Source: Thermotogota bacterium (lineage in GTDB: Bacteria > Bipolaricaulota > Bipolaricaulia > UBA7950 > UBA9294). Taken from it: a stretch of DNA of 35,674 nucleotides. How positions within the stretch are numbered: the first letter of the stretch is position 1; every line of letters starts with the position of its first letter. The stretch spans positions 1-35,674 of the forward strand of contig JBDKUT010000120.1 in assembly GCA_039679545.1 (NCBI GenBank), written 5' to 3'. The notes under the pieces are model-generated. The model was not told the origin of the DNA and searched no databases. It saw nothing but the letters and a program-made list of their open reading frames with translations. Both the position numbers and the translations under genes were made by a program. Positions 1 through 9,388 of the stretch are shown piece after piece.

Positions 1-352
1 GACCCTTCTCGAACGCTGTCCTCGCTCCGTCGGCGTTGTGCAGAAACACGTCGCCCAAGGTGTAGTAGGCCTGCGCGAGCTTGTTGACGAGGCCCTTCTG
101 CTCTACGGGAACTCCAAGTGCGGTGTACGCGTCTTCGCTCATCGCGTCGAACGACGCGGTCACACCCACGGCGACCTCCAGCGCACCGATCGCTGCCTCC
201 AGCGCGGCCCTTCCCGCGTCGTCGTAGTGGATGGCCACGTCGCCGCCGTCAGGGATGAGTGCGATGGCCGCCTCGAGCGCCTCGTCAGCGTAGGCCGCCG
301 ACCCGGCGACGAGGAGGACGATGCCCAACAAGAACCCCATCTTCTTCACCAT
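1..352 (-). CDS. Secreted helical/TPR-like protein (5' part; runs off the window)
   Basis: Read by hand, absent from the ORF track: ATG at 352 after AAGGGGGG; MVKKMGFLLGIVLLVAGSAAYA signal peptide, then ...KLAQAYYTLGDVF...AFEKG, a TPR-like helix. Open to base 1. Confidence 0.75.
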   Translation of the reverse strand, partial: MVKKMGFLLGIVLLVAGSAAYADEALEAAIALIPDGGDVAIHYDDAGRAALEAAIGALEVAVGVTASFDAMSEDAYTALGVPVEQKGLVNKLAQAYYTLGDVFLHNADGARTAFEKG

Positions 353-425
353 GGAGGTCCCCCCTTGCCTGGAATGCCCCACTATAGCCGATCCACCGTT
401 TCCCCGAAAGCCGCGTCGTCTCGGC

Positions 426-454
426 TTGGACCCAGGCTGCGACTGTGGTATCCT
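426..454 (+). promoter_or_regulatory. Putative sigma70 promoter of the ferredoxin gene
   Basis: TTGGAC(426-431)-17 nt-TATCCT(449-454), with an extended -10 TG. Confidence 0.55.
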
Positions 455-485
455 TCCGCCCACCGTTCGGAAGAAGGAGGATTCC

Positions 486-668
486 ATGGCCAAACCCGTC
501 GTGGACAAGGATCTCTGCGTAGGGTGTGGGTTGTGCACCCAGGTGTGCTCCGACGTCTTCGAGATGGGCTCGGATGGCGCGGCCAAGGTCGTTGCGGGCG
601 CCGACCTGGACGACGACTGCATCCAGGACGCCATCGACCAGTGCCCGGTCGGGGCAATCTCCAACTAG
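486..668 (+). CDS. Single-cluster [4Fe-4S] ferredoxin (60 aa)
   Basis: SD AAGGAGG; MAKPVVDKDLCVGCGLCTQVC...C...CPVGAIS, i.e. CxxCxxC...CP plus an extra Cys pair as in Thermotoga/Pyrococcus-type ferredoxins. Confidence 0.95.
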   Translation: MAKPVVDKDLCVGCGLCTQVCSDVFEMGSDGAAKVVAGADLDDDCIQDAIDQCPVGAISN

Positions 669-687
669 CCGCGAAGTGAGACCGTTT

Positions 688-730
688 GGAACGCGGAGGG
701 TCGTTCGACGCCCTCCGCGCTTCCCTTTTC
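688..730 (+). terminator. Putative intrinsic terminator after ferredoxin
   Basis: CGCGGAGGG(692-700)/CCCTCCGCG(711-719) stem followed by the pyrimidine tract CTTCCCTTTTC. Confidence 0.65.
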
Positions 731-819
731 TCCTCGTTCTCTGTCCTCTTGTTCGCCCTGAAAACGTAGGGGATTGCCGATTCACGACCTCGTCGTTAGG
801 ATGGACGCGGCGGTGAGCG

Positions 820-1695
820 ATGGCGAGGCGGAGGATCGGGCTTGTTCTCTCTAGCGGAGGTGCTCGGGGGTCTGCGCACATCGGTGTGCTGGAGGTCCTC
901 CTTGAGAACGGCCTAGCTCCCGATGTGATTGCCGGCGCGAGCATGGGCGCCCACGTCGGCGCCGCGTACGCCGCCGGCATCGAGATCGACGCGCTCAAGG
1001 CCGAGTGGCAACAAGCCTCCTTTGTCCGAACGGCGAAGACCCTGTTCCCTACGATCCCCTGGTCCGGGTGGAGCTCGGGGGGCGAGCTCATGCGTACCTT
1101 GCGGCGGCATTTCGGCGACCGACGGATCGAAGACCTCGACGTGCCCTTCGCGGCCGTGGCGACGAACCTCGCGACCGGGGCGTCCGAGGCCCTCACAACG
1201 GGCCCGATTGCCGAGGCGGTGCGCGCCAGCCTGTCGGTCCCCGGCCTTTTCACGCCCGTGTGGCTCGACGACCGCCTGCTCATCGACGGCGGCGTCTCGA
1301 ATCCGCTCCCGCTCGACGTCGTTCGCGCGCTCGGTGCGGAGGTTGTCATCGCCGTCGATGTTCTCGTCGAGCCGAGTGAAGCTCACCTGTCGGGGATCCC
1401 GGCGTTCGGGATCCGCGATCGTCTCGGAATTGCGGGAGGGGCCGCGGCGGACGACCCTGCAAACCGTCGCTTCCACCCGAGCGTGCTCTCCGTCCTGTTC
1501 CAGATGTCGACGGTGTTCCAGAAGCGCCTGTGCGAGCTTTCCATCGCCGCGCATCCGCCCGACGTCCTTGTTCGACCGAACTTCTCGGCGGATCCGCCGT
1601 GCTACAGCCGCGTGGGATGCGGGATCGAGGCGGGGGCCCAGGCGGCCCAACGGGCACTCGGGGAGATCCGCCGGGCTGTCGAGGGAGCGAACTGA
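820..1695 (+). CDS. Patatin-like phospholipase (RssA/NTE family)
   Basis: SGGARG glycine loop, GASMG nucleophile elbow, DGG motif. Confidence 0.92.
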   Translation: MARRRIGLVLSSGGARGSAHIGVLEVLLENGLAPDVIAGASMGAHVGAAYAAGIEIDALKAEWQQASFVRTAKTLFPTIPWSGWSSGGELMRTLRRHFGDRRIEDLDVPFAAVATNLATGASEALTTGPIAEAVRASLSVPGLFTPVWLDDRLLIDGGVSNPLPLDVVRALGAEVVIAVDVLVEPSEAHLSGIPAFGIRDRLGIAGGAAADDPANRRFHPSVLSVLFQMSTVFQKRLCELSIAAHPPDVLVRPNFSADPPCYSRVGCGIEAGAQAAQRALGEIRRAVEGAN

Positions 1696-2576
1696 CTCCC
1701 CACACGCTGCGTCGATCGGATCTGTACGCGCGGATCGCCGTCGGACTCCTTGCCGTCTCCTCGGGATCGATTCTCGTCCGGCTCGCTCCCGACGCCACGC
1801 CCCTTGCTGCGGCCACGTGGCGCCTCGTGCTCGCATCGTTGGTTCTCGTCCCGATCGCGTGGGTCCGTGGCGCGCTGCGGACTCTCCGCCGACGCGATCT
1901 TGCTCTGGCCGGCCTGAGCGGCCTTGCCCTCGCTCTCCACTTCACTCTCTGGTTCACGTCGCTTCGGCACACGTCCGTGGCGAGTTCCGTGCTCTTGGTA
2001 AGCACGCACCCCGTGTTTGTGGCGATTGGGGCCGCCGTCGCCCTGCGCGAGCGGGTCGGGCGGCTGGCGGCGATCGGGATCGCCGTCGCCCTTCTCGGGG
2101 CCGCCGTGATCAGTCTCACCGACCTCCAATCGGGGAGACAGACGATCGTCAGCGACCTGTTGGCCGTGGGGGGCGGAGCCTGCTTTGCCGTGTACGTCCT
2201 CATCGGGCGGAATCTGCAGAAGAGGGTGTCGTTTGTCGACTACGTCGCCGTTTCCTACGGGGTTGCCGCGCTCACGGTCCTTGCCGCGGCCCTCGCCCTA
2301 CGACAGCCGCTCTTTGGGTTTCGGCCGGCGTCGTACGGCGTCCTCGTCCTCCTCGCCCTTGTCCCGCAGCTCATCGGCCACAGCACGTTCAACTGGGCGC
2401 TTCGCCACCTACCGGCGTCCAAGGTGTCGACGCTCGTTCTGGGCGAGCCGGTTGGAGCGGCCATCCTCGCGTACGCGATCTTCCGCGAGGTCCCGTCCTG
2501 GCAGGGAGCGCTCGGGGCGGCGACGATTCTCGTCGGAATCTACGTCAGCCAACGAAGCGAAGGAGGCGTCACGTGA
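1692..2576 (+). CDS. DMT/EamA family transporter
   Basis: About 10 hydrophobic segments with EamA motifs (WFTSLRHTSVASSVLL, GHSTFNWAL, LGEPVGA). Start uncertain; CTG at 1692 overlapping the patatin stop is proposed. Confidence 0.88.
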   Translation: MTPHTLRRSDLYARIAVGLLAVSSGSILVRLAPDATPLAAATWRLVLASLVLVPIAWVRGALRTLRRRDLALAGLSGLALALHFTLWFTSLRHTSVASSVLLVSTHPVFVAIGAAVALRERVGRLAAIGIAVALLGAAVISLTDLQSGRQTIVSDLLAVGGGACFAVYVLIGRNLQKRVSFVDYVAVSYGVAALTVLAAALALRQPLFGFRPASYGVLVLLALVPQLIGHSTFNWALRHLPASKVSTLVLGEPVGAAILAYAIFREVPSWQGALGAATILVGIYVSQRSEGGVT

Positions 2577-3844
2577 GCTGGGAAGACGGTCGGAGGAAGA
2601 TCGAATGGGCCCGGGACCACATGCCACTCCTCGAGCGGCTGCGCAGCGAGTTTCGGCGCGATCGCCCGTTCGCCGAACGACGGATCGCGATGTCCATTCA
2701 CCTTGAGGCGAAGACGGCATGCCTTGCGATTCTTCTTCGCGACGGCGGCGCCGAGGTGGGGGTGACGGGCTCGAACCCGCTTTCGACCCAGGATGACGTG
2801 GCGGCCGCGCTAAGGGTAGAGAAGGGAATTTCGGTTCACGCCCGTCACGGGGTGACCGAGGCGGAGTATGCACAGCACCTCCACGAGGTCCTCGACTCCT
2901 CTCCGCACCTGATCCTCGACGATGGCGGCGACCTCGTGGAGATGGCCCATCGGGACGGGTTGGGCGACGTCCTTGGCGGGTGCGAGGAGACGACGACCGG
3001 GGTGGCTCGCCTCCGGGGACGCGCCCGCGCAGGTACGCTTCGAATCCCCATGTTCGCGGTGAACGACGCGCGGACGAAGCACCTGTTCGACAACCGACAC
3101 GGCACGGGGCAATCCGTCTGGGACGCGATCCTGCGTTCCACGAACCTCTTGGTCGCCGGCAAGGACGTGGTGGTCGCGGGGTACGGCTGGTGCGGCCGGG
3201 GAATCGCGTTGCGGGCGCGGGGACTGGGGGCGCGGGTCACGATCACGGAAGTTGACCCGGTGAAGGCCATCGAGGCGTGGATGGACGGGTTCGCTGTCGC
3301 GTCCATGCGCGAGGCGATCCGGACGGCCGACGTGGTCGTCACCGCGACCGGGTGCACCGACGTCGTCGCCGGAGAGGTGCTCGCCACGGCGAAGAGCGGC
3401 GTTCTCCTCGCGAACGCCGGGCACTTCAACGTCGAGGTCAGCGTCCGCGACCTCGTGGCGTCGGCGAAAGCCTCGCGGACGGCTCGTCCGGGGATCGTCG
3501 AGTACGAGCTCGCCGACGGCCGTCGCCTCAACCTCCTCGCGGAGGGGCGACTGGTCAACCTCGCGCTCGGAGATGGCCATCCGGTCGAAATCATGGATAT
3601 CTCGTTCGCGCTTCAGGCGCTGACGCTTCGCCACCTCGCCGAGCACGCGCCGCTTCGGCCAGGTCTCTACGCCGTTCCGCGCTCGATCGACGAGCGCATC
3701 GCTCGCATGAAGCTTGAGGCCCTCGGGGTCTCGATCGACAAGCTCTCCGACGCTCAGTGCGCCTACCTCGGCGTCCCGGCGAGCGAGGGTACGTCTACCG
3801 ACGACGAGCCTCTGCCGGTACAATCCCTAGGATCAGCGGGGTGA
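2573..3844 (+). CDS. ahcY: Adenosylhomocysteinase (archaeal/Thermotoga-type; possibly SIH-preferring)
   Basis: GTG at 2573 (GTGA overlap, SD GGAGG); motifs HLEAKT, GSNPLSTQDD, LDDGGD, EETTTG, KHLFDNRHGTGQS, GYGWCGRG, NAGHF, GRLVNL, GHP. Confidence 0.95.
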   Translation: MSWEDGRRKIEWARDHMPLLERLRSEFRRDRPFAERRIAMSIHLEAKTACLAILLRDGGAEVGVTGSNPLSTQDDVAAALRVEKGISVHARHGVTEAEYAQHLHEVLDSSPHLILDDGGDLVEMAHRDGLGDVLGGCEETTTGVARLRGRARAGTLRIPMFAVNDARTKHLFDNRHGTGQSVWDAILRSTNLLVAGKDVVVAGYGWCGRGIALRARGLGARVTITEVDPVKAIEAWMDGFAVASMREAIRTADVVVTATGCTDVVAGEVLATAKSGVLLANAGHFNVEVSVRDLVASAKASRTARPGIVEYELADGRRLNLLAEGRLVNLALGDGHPVEIMDISFALQALTLRHLAEHAPLRPGLYAVPRSIDERIARMKLEALGVSIDKLSDAQCAYLGVPASEGTSTDDEPLPVQSLGSAG

Positions 3845-3848
3845 CACC

Positions 3849-5024
3849 ATGAGGCATGCGACGTTGAAACGAACCCTCGGGATCCTTCTCTTGGCGCTGC
3901 TTGGGGTCTGCGCCGTCGGGGCGGGCGGCTCGCAGCAGCAGGCCTCGTCAAGCGGGTTGTTCGATCCCGTGTACCAGATCTATCAGTACGTCCAGAGTTA
4001 CTTCTACAAGCCGGAGCTGATCGACGACCAGAAGGCTCTCTACGGAGCGATGAAGGGAGTTGTCGAAGAGCTCGGCGATCCGTACAGCGAGTTCCTCGAT
4101 CCGGAAGAGAAGCGGGAGTTCGACGAAAGCCTTGAGGGTGAGTTCAGCGGCGTGGGGATCGAGATTTCCATTGAAGAAGGTGTTCTTACGGTGATTACGC
4201 CGCTCGTCGGGACCCCCGCGGAGGCCGCCGGAATCAAGGCCGGCGATCAGGTCCTCGCGATTGACGGAAAAGCGACCGAGAAGATCACGCTGTCCGGCGC
4301 GTCGACTCGTATCCGCGGCGAGATCGGAACGACGGTCACGCTGACCGTCCGCCACGAAGACGGCCAGGTCGTGGACATCCCAATCGTCCGCAGCCTCATC
4401 GTCATCGATCCGGTCGAGAGCAAGACGCTCGAGGACGGGAAGATCGGCTACATCCGCATCCTGCGCTTTGAGTCGGACACGGTGGTCGAGGTTGATGAGG
4501 CGCTCGCCTCCTTTGACCTTGCGCAGATGTCGGGGCTCGTCCTCGACCTGCGAAACAACCCCGGCGGCCTCATGCCGGCGGCGATCTCGGTCTGCAGCCG
4601 CTTCGTCGACGAGGGGGTCGTGCTCCTCGTCCACGACCGACTGAGCGGCGAGAAGAAGTACTACTCCAAAGGGAACCGCATTCCGAACCTTCCCCTCGCC
4701 ATCCTGATCAACCGCGGCTCGGCGAGCGCGGCGGAGATCACGGCGGGTGGTATCCGGGACAACCGGATGGCGGTCCTCATCGGCGAGACGTCGTTCGGCA
4801 AGGGCGTCTACCAGCAGATGATCGACTTTCCGGATGGATCCGCTCTGAAGATCACCGCGGGCGAGTACTTCACGCCGTCCGGACAAGTGGTGCAGGAAAT
4901 CGGCCTCACGCCGGACATCGCGATCCCCGAGGACGGGGATCCAATTGCCGCGGCGGTCGAGTGGATCGACCAGCAAGACGGCGTGGCGCTGCCCCTCGAT
5001 CTCCCCCCGCTTTCGGAAGGATGA
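3849..5024 (+). CDS. S41A C-terminal processing peptidase (CtpA-like, PDZ domain)
   Basis: Signal peptide, GEFSGVGI PDZ, LDLRNNPGG, SASAAEI, GETSFGKG. Confidence 0.93.
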   Translation: MRHATLKRTLGILLLALLGVCAVGAGGSQQQASSSGLFDPVYQIYQYVQSYFYKPELIDDQKALYGAMKGVVEELGDPYSEFLDPEEKREFDESLEGEFSGVGIEISIEEGVLTVITPLVGTPAEAAGIKAGDQVLAIDGKATEKITLSGASTRIRGEIGTTVTLTVRHEDGQVVDIPIVRSLIVIDPVESKTLEDGKIGYIRILRFESDTVVEVDEALASFDLAQMSGLVLDLRNNPGGLMPAAISVCSRFVDEGVVLLVHDRLSGEKKYYSKGNRIPNLPLAILINRGSASAAEITAGGIRDNRMAVLIGETSFGKGVYQQMIDFPDGSALKITAGEYFTPSGQVVQEIGLTPDIAIPEDGDPIAAAVEWIDQQDGVALPLDLPPLSEG

Positions 5025-6013
5025 AGCTCTCCGTTCTCGGAGCCGGAGGATGGGGCACGGCGTTCGCCCGGCTCCTGGCGAACGCCGGCCATGAGACGAC
5101 CCTCTGGGCGCGCCGTCCCGAGCTCGCGGAGGCGATCGACAAGACGCGCGAGAACGTCCGGTACCTGCCCGGCGTCGTCCTCCCGCAGGAGCGACTCGTC
5201 GTGACGAGCGAGGTCCTCGTCGCGCTGGACGCGGAGGCGATCTTCCTCGCGGTCCCGTCTTTCGGAATGAACGAGCTCCTGCATCGGATCGCTCCGGTGC
5301 TGACGGGGTCGCCGACGCTGATCAACCTAGCGAAAGGCCTTGACCGCGAGTCGAGACGGACGATGTCTGAGTTGATCGGGTTCCACATCCCGGACGCCGA
5401 GGTTTTCACCCTGTCCGGCCCGAGCCACGCGGAGGAGGTCGGACGCGACGTCCCGACCGCCGTCGTCCTCGCCGGGAAGAACCTCGACCTCGGGCGCCAG
5501 CTCGTGGACGCGGTCGCGACGCCGCGGTTCCGCATCTACCTGTCGGAGGACATCCGCGGCGTCGAGCTGTGCGCAACGGTCAAGAACATCATTGCTGTGG
5601 CCACAGGCATTGCCGACGGGCTCGGGTACGGGGACAACAGCCGCGGGGCGCTCATCGCACGCGGACTGGCGGAGATGGTCCGCTTCGGACGGTCGTTCGG
5701 CGTCGAGGACGCGACGTTCTTCGGCCTGTCCGGGCTGGGGGATCTCGTCACGACGTGCACGAGCCGACACAGCCGCAACCGCCTCGTCGGGGAGCGCCTC
5801 GGACGAGGAGAGTCCTTGAAATCGATTCTGCGCGGGATGGTCATGGTCGCGGAAGGGGTGTACGCCACGAACGTCGTCCGAGAGATGGCCGCGGCACGGG
5901 GGATCGAAATGCCGATCACCGAGGCCGTCGACCAGTTGCTTCAAGGAAAGACAGACGCCCTCTCGCTCGTCGACCGGATCATGACCCGCGCCCCAAAGAT
6001 CGAGGGGTTCTGA
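5021..6013 (+). CDS. gpsA: NAD(P)H-dependent glycerol-3-phosphate dehydrogenase
   Basis: ATG at 5021; LGAGGWGTA, LSGPSHAEEV, KNIIA, GLGDLVTTC, SRN, AEG. Confidence 0.96.
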   Translation: MKLSVLGAGGWGTAFARLLANAGHETTLWARRPELAEAIDKTRENVRYLPGVVLPQERLVVTSEVLVALDAEAIFLAVPSFGMNELLHRIAPVLTGSPTLINLAKGLDRESRRTMSELIGFHIPDAEVFTLSGPSHAEEVGRDVPTAVVLAGKNLDLGRQLVDAVATPRFRIYLSEDIRGVELCATVKNIIAVATGIADGLGYGDNSRGALIARGLAEMVRFGRSFGVEDATFFGLSGLGDLVTTCTSRHSRNRLVGERLGRGESLKSILRGMVMVAEGVYATNVVREMAAARGIEMPITEAVDQLLQGKTDALSLVDRIMTRAPKIEGF

Positions 6014-6020
6014 GATCCCG

Positions 6021-7217
6021 ATGTCTTCTTACGATGTCGTCGTCGTCGGGGGAGGGCCCGCCGGCGCCGTCGCCGCGCGCACGGCAGCCGAGAACGGCGC
6101 CTCCGTCCTCGTTGTCGAGCGGCGAAGCCGCATCGAAGGGCCGTCGCCGTGTACCGGCCTGGTCAGCCGCCATGCCCTTACGGCGCTGGGGGCGTCCGAA
6201 CGTTCGGTTCTCCGAAGGATCCGCGCCGTCGCCGTGTACGGCCCGAACGCTCATGCGACCCTGCGCGCCGCCTCCGACAAGGCGGTGGTCGTGGATCGGG
6301 CCGCCCTTGAGCGCGAGCTCTTGGAGCGCGCCGCCGCGGCTGGAGTCGAGGTACGGCTCGGGACGTCGGCCGTCGGTGCGAAGCGAGGCGAGGTTCGAGT
6401 GCGCCGGCAGGGCGGCGTTGACGTCGTCGGCGCCCGGGTCGTCGTCGGCGCCGACGGTCCAAAGAGCGACACGGCGAGGTGGTTCGACTTGCCGGGCCCC
6501 GCGGAGACCCTCCGAGCCGCTCAGGTCGAGGTTGTCGCTGAGGGATCGGAGGATGCCGTCGACGTCTTCGTCGGCACGCTCGTCGCTCCGGGGTTCTTCG
6601 CGTGGTCTGTGCCATCGGAGCTCGGTCGGCGGCGCGTCGGGCTTGCCGTCTCCGATCCGCTCGACCCATTGGAGCTTCTCGGGCGCCTCGTCGCCCGCCG
6701 CTTTCCCGCCGCTCGCGTGATCTCGTCGATCACGGCGCCGATTCCGATTCCTCCGGTCGAGCCGATCGTCGGCGACGGCGTCCTTCTCGTCGGGGACGCC
6801 GCCGCGCAGGTGAAGCCCTGGTCGGGCGGAGGTCTCTACGTTGGGGGCATCTGCGCCCGGCTTGCCGGCCGAGCGGCGGCCGACGCCACCCGAAGTGACG
6901 ACGCTTCCCAGGGCCGCCTTGCGCGGTATGCGGAGGCATGTCGTCGAGCGGTGGGAGGAGAGCTTCGCTTCGGCGGAGCGGCGCGCTCGATGCTGCGCAC
7001 CATGTCCGACCCAGCCCTCGACGCCGCGATCTCGGCGCTCCAAGAAGCCGACCTCGCTGCGTTCATCGCTCATGAGGCGGACATCGACCATCCGAGTCGC
7101 ATCCTGCCCCGTGTGGTCTCGCACCCGCGTCTGTGGCCGCTCCTCTTCTCTCTTTGGACGGCGGTGCGGAGCGCGGACACGGCCCGGCTTCTCTCCCAAA
7201 CGGTGGACCCCGTATAA
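6021..7217 (+). CDS. Geranylgeranyl reductase family flavoprotein
   Basis: YDVVVVGGGPAG FAD motif, PCTGLVS, GADG, PGFFAW, LVGDAAAQVKPWSGGG. Confidence 0.85.
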   Translation: MSSYDVVVVGGGPAGAVAARTAAENGASVLVVERRSRIEGPSPCTGLVSRHALTALGASERSVLRRIRAVAVYGPNAHATLRAASDKAVVVDRAALERELLERAAAAGVEVRLGTSAVGAKRGEVRVRRQGGVDVVGARVVVGADGPKSDTARWFDLPGPAETLRAAQVEVVAEGSEDAVDVFVGTLVAPGFFAWSVPSELGRRRVGLAVSDPLDPLELLGRLVARRFPAARVISSITAPIPIPPVEPIVGDGVLLVGDAAAQVKPWSGGGLYVGGICARLAGRAAADATRSDDASQGRLARYAEACRRAVGGELRFGGAARSMLRTMSDPALDAAISALQEADLAAFIAHEADIDHPSRILPRVVSHPRLWPLLFSLWTAVRSADTARLLSQTVDPV

Positions 7218-7227
7218 TCCGGCCATC

Positions 7228-9339
7228 ATGGCGACGTCGAGGAGATCGGGGAAACGAAAGTCGGAGATCCCGAAGCTGTCGGCCTTTCGGTTCGACCGCC
7301 TCTTCCTCTACGCGCTCGCGTTCGTCGTCTTCGCCCTTCCTCTCTTCATCTGGCCGGGGATCACCGAGTACGGGTACGGAAAGACGATCGTTGTTACCGT
7401 GGCGGTGTCGATCCTGTCGGCGGCCTGGGGCATCGACGCGTGGCGGCGTCAAGCGTGGGAGATTCGGATCCCGTGGATCGCCGCTCCGGTCGGAGCCCTG
7501 GTTGCGGCGTCGCTCTTGTCGCTCTTGACCGCGACGAACGGCCGAGTGGTCATCCAGAGTCTCGTCCTCGTGCTCGTGTTCTTCCAGCTCCTTGTTTTGA
7601 TTCAGCACGCGACCCGAGACAAACGCGACGCGACCCTGCTTCTCTTCTCCTTTGTCGCCTCCGTTTCACTTGTCTCCCTGTACGCGCTCTTGCAGTACCT
7701 AGGCGTGATGCAGGGTCCGACGGAGGGCGCCGGACTGCAGCAGATCATCTCGACCCTCGGCAACAAGGAGTACCTCGGCGGACTGCTCGCGTACCTGATT
7801 CTTCCGTCGTTCGTTCTCCTCCTCCGGCTCCGCTCGCGAGTCCTCCGCGCCGCGGCCCTCGTCCTCATCGCATTCAACTTCGGGACCCTGATGCTGGTTC
7901 AGCAGACGGGGCCGGTCGTGGCTCTTGTTCTCGGTGCTGTGGCCCTGCTCGTCCTGTGGATCGTCTTCCGCCCGATCGAGCCGCTGCGCGCGGCCCGGCG
8001 ATGGATCATTGCGTTGTTCCTACTTCTTGCGTTCACGTTCCTCGTCGAGGCACCTTCCGGTCCTTTGAACTCGGTGGTCGGCCTGTCCGCCGACGGGACG
8101 TCGTGGATCGGTCGAGTGTGGGAAGCGAACTCCGGCCGCACGCGGGCGTGGGACTGGTGGATCGGCCTCGAGATGTTGAAGGATCACCCCGTCACCGGGG
8201 TCGGACTTGGCAACTACAAGATCGAGTTCCTTCCGTACAAGGCGGAGTTCCTGGCCAGCCCGCGGGGCGCGGCGTACGACTGGTACATTCCACGCGCGGC
8301 TCAGGCGCATAACGACTACGTCCAGATCGCTGCGGAGATGGGAGCGCTCGGCCTCGTTGCGTTGGCCTCCCTGGCCGTCCTGCTCCCGGTGGCCCTCTGG
8401 CTTCGAGTGCGCAGAAACCCCGATGAGGGGGACCGAATGGACCTCCTCCTTTACTCGGCCGGGCTCGTAACGCTTCTCGTGCACGCGTTCGTCAGTTTCC
8501 CTGCCCATCTCCCAGTCTCGATGCTGGCCGGCGTCCTGTTTTGCGGGTTGGCGTGGTCGCCGGGGTACGGGGCCACGGCCACGTGGACGTTGACGCTGCG
8601 GCGTTGGACCTTGCGGAGCTTCGCCCTCGTCGGGGTCGTTCTGGGTCTCGTCGTCTCGACCGTCGCCGTGAGAGACCTCCGCGCCAATGTACTCATGGGG
8701 CGCGGAATCGCCCAGTTGCAGATGGGGTATCCGCAGCAGGCAGTGGTGGCGCTCGAGCAGAGCGCGAGGCTCGATTTCTCGCCTCAGCAGACCTACTTCT
8801 ACCTCGGTGCGGCACACGCCCAACTTGGGAACCGCGCCGTGGCCCTCGCGTACCTCGAACGGTGCCTCACGCGGTTCCTCGACGAAGCGGTCTACCTGGC
8901 CTACGGGGAACTTGCGGCTCGGGAAGGGAAGACGAGCGAGGCGCGCGCGAGCATCGAGGTTTTGATCGCTTCAAAGCCGTACGCGGACATCGCGGCCAAG
9001 GCGCGGTTCATCGACGCGACCATCTCGATCCAAGAGAAGGACTACGCGACAGCAATGGAGAAGATCCAGCGCCTCGTCGCCGATACACCGACGTTCGAGC
9101 CCGCGTGGATCACCCTGGGCAACCTGTACTTGGCCCGAGGGAGCCGGACCGAGGCGAGCGCCGCGTACGAGCGAGCGCTGCAACTCATCGAGGCGGCTCT
9201 CGCGAACGCAGAAGGGAAGATCGCGTCCCGCACCGGGCTGACCGATGCCGAGTACGGTGACCTGCGTGGGCAGGTCACGACGCTGCGTAGTGAGCGGGAC
9301 TTTGTGCAAGACCGGTTGAAGACGCTCGGGGCCTCGTAG
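7228..9339 (+). CDS. O-antigen ligase/O-oligosaccharyltransferase-like (Wzy_C) membrane protein with C-terminal TPRs
   Basis: About 12 TM helices, STLGN, HPVTGVGLGNY, AHNDYVQIAAEMG, then TPR helices. ATG at 7228 chosen as start. Confidence 0.85.
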   Translation: MATSRRSGKRKSEIPKLSAFRFDRLFLYALAFVVFALPLFIWPGITEYGYGKTIVVTVAVSILSAAWGIDAWRRQAWEIRIPWIAAPVGALVAASLLSLLTATNGRVVIQSLVLVLVFFQLLVLIQHATRDKRDATLLLFSFVASVSLVSLYALLQYLGVMQGPTEGAGLQQIISTLGNKEYLGGLLAYLILPSFVLLLRLRSRVLRAAALVLIAFNFGTLMLVQQTGPVVALVLGAVALLVLWIVFRPIEPLRAARRWIIALFLLLAFTFLVEAPSGPLNSVVGLSADGTSWIGRVWEANSGRTRAWDWWIGLEMLKDHPVTGVGLGNYKIEFLPYKAEFLASPRGAAYDWYIPRAAQAHNDYVQIAAEMGALGLVALASLAVLLPVALWLRVRRNPDEGDRMDLLLYSAGLVTLLVHAFVSFPAHLPVSMLAGVLFCGLAWSPGYGATATWTLTLRRWTLRSFALVGVVLGLVVSTVAVRDLRANVLMGRGIAQLQMGYPQQAVVALEQSARLDFSPQQTYFYLGAAHAQLGNRAVALAYLERCLTRFLDEAVYLAYGELAAREGKTSEARASIEVLIASKPYADIAAKARFIDATISIQEKDYATAMEKIQRLVADTPTFEPAWITLGNLYLARGSRTEASAAYERALQLIEAALANAEGKIASRTGLTDAEYGDLRGQVTTLRSERDFVQDRLKTLGAS

Positions 9340-9343
9340 TTCC

Positions 9344-9372
9344 TTGCGCCCGCAAAGCGCCGTTCCTATACT
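9344..9372 (+). promoter_or_regulatory. Putative sigma70 promoter of secA
   Basis: TTGCGC(9344-9349)-17 nt-TATACT(9367-9372). Confidence 0.65.
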
Positions 9373-9388
9373 GACCGCGTGATCCGAC

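Noticed and set aside
38..679. 213-aa and 115-aa plus-strand ORFs
   Set aside because: They overlap the real minus-strand gene and the ferredoxin (true start 486).
929..2572. Apparent 971-aa AhcY fusion
   Set aside because: The N-terminal extension is low-complexity off-frame sequence over the patatin and EamA genes; the real start is GTG 2573.
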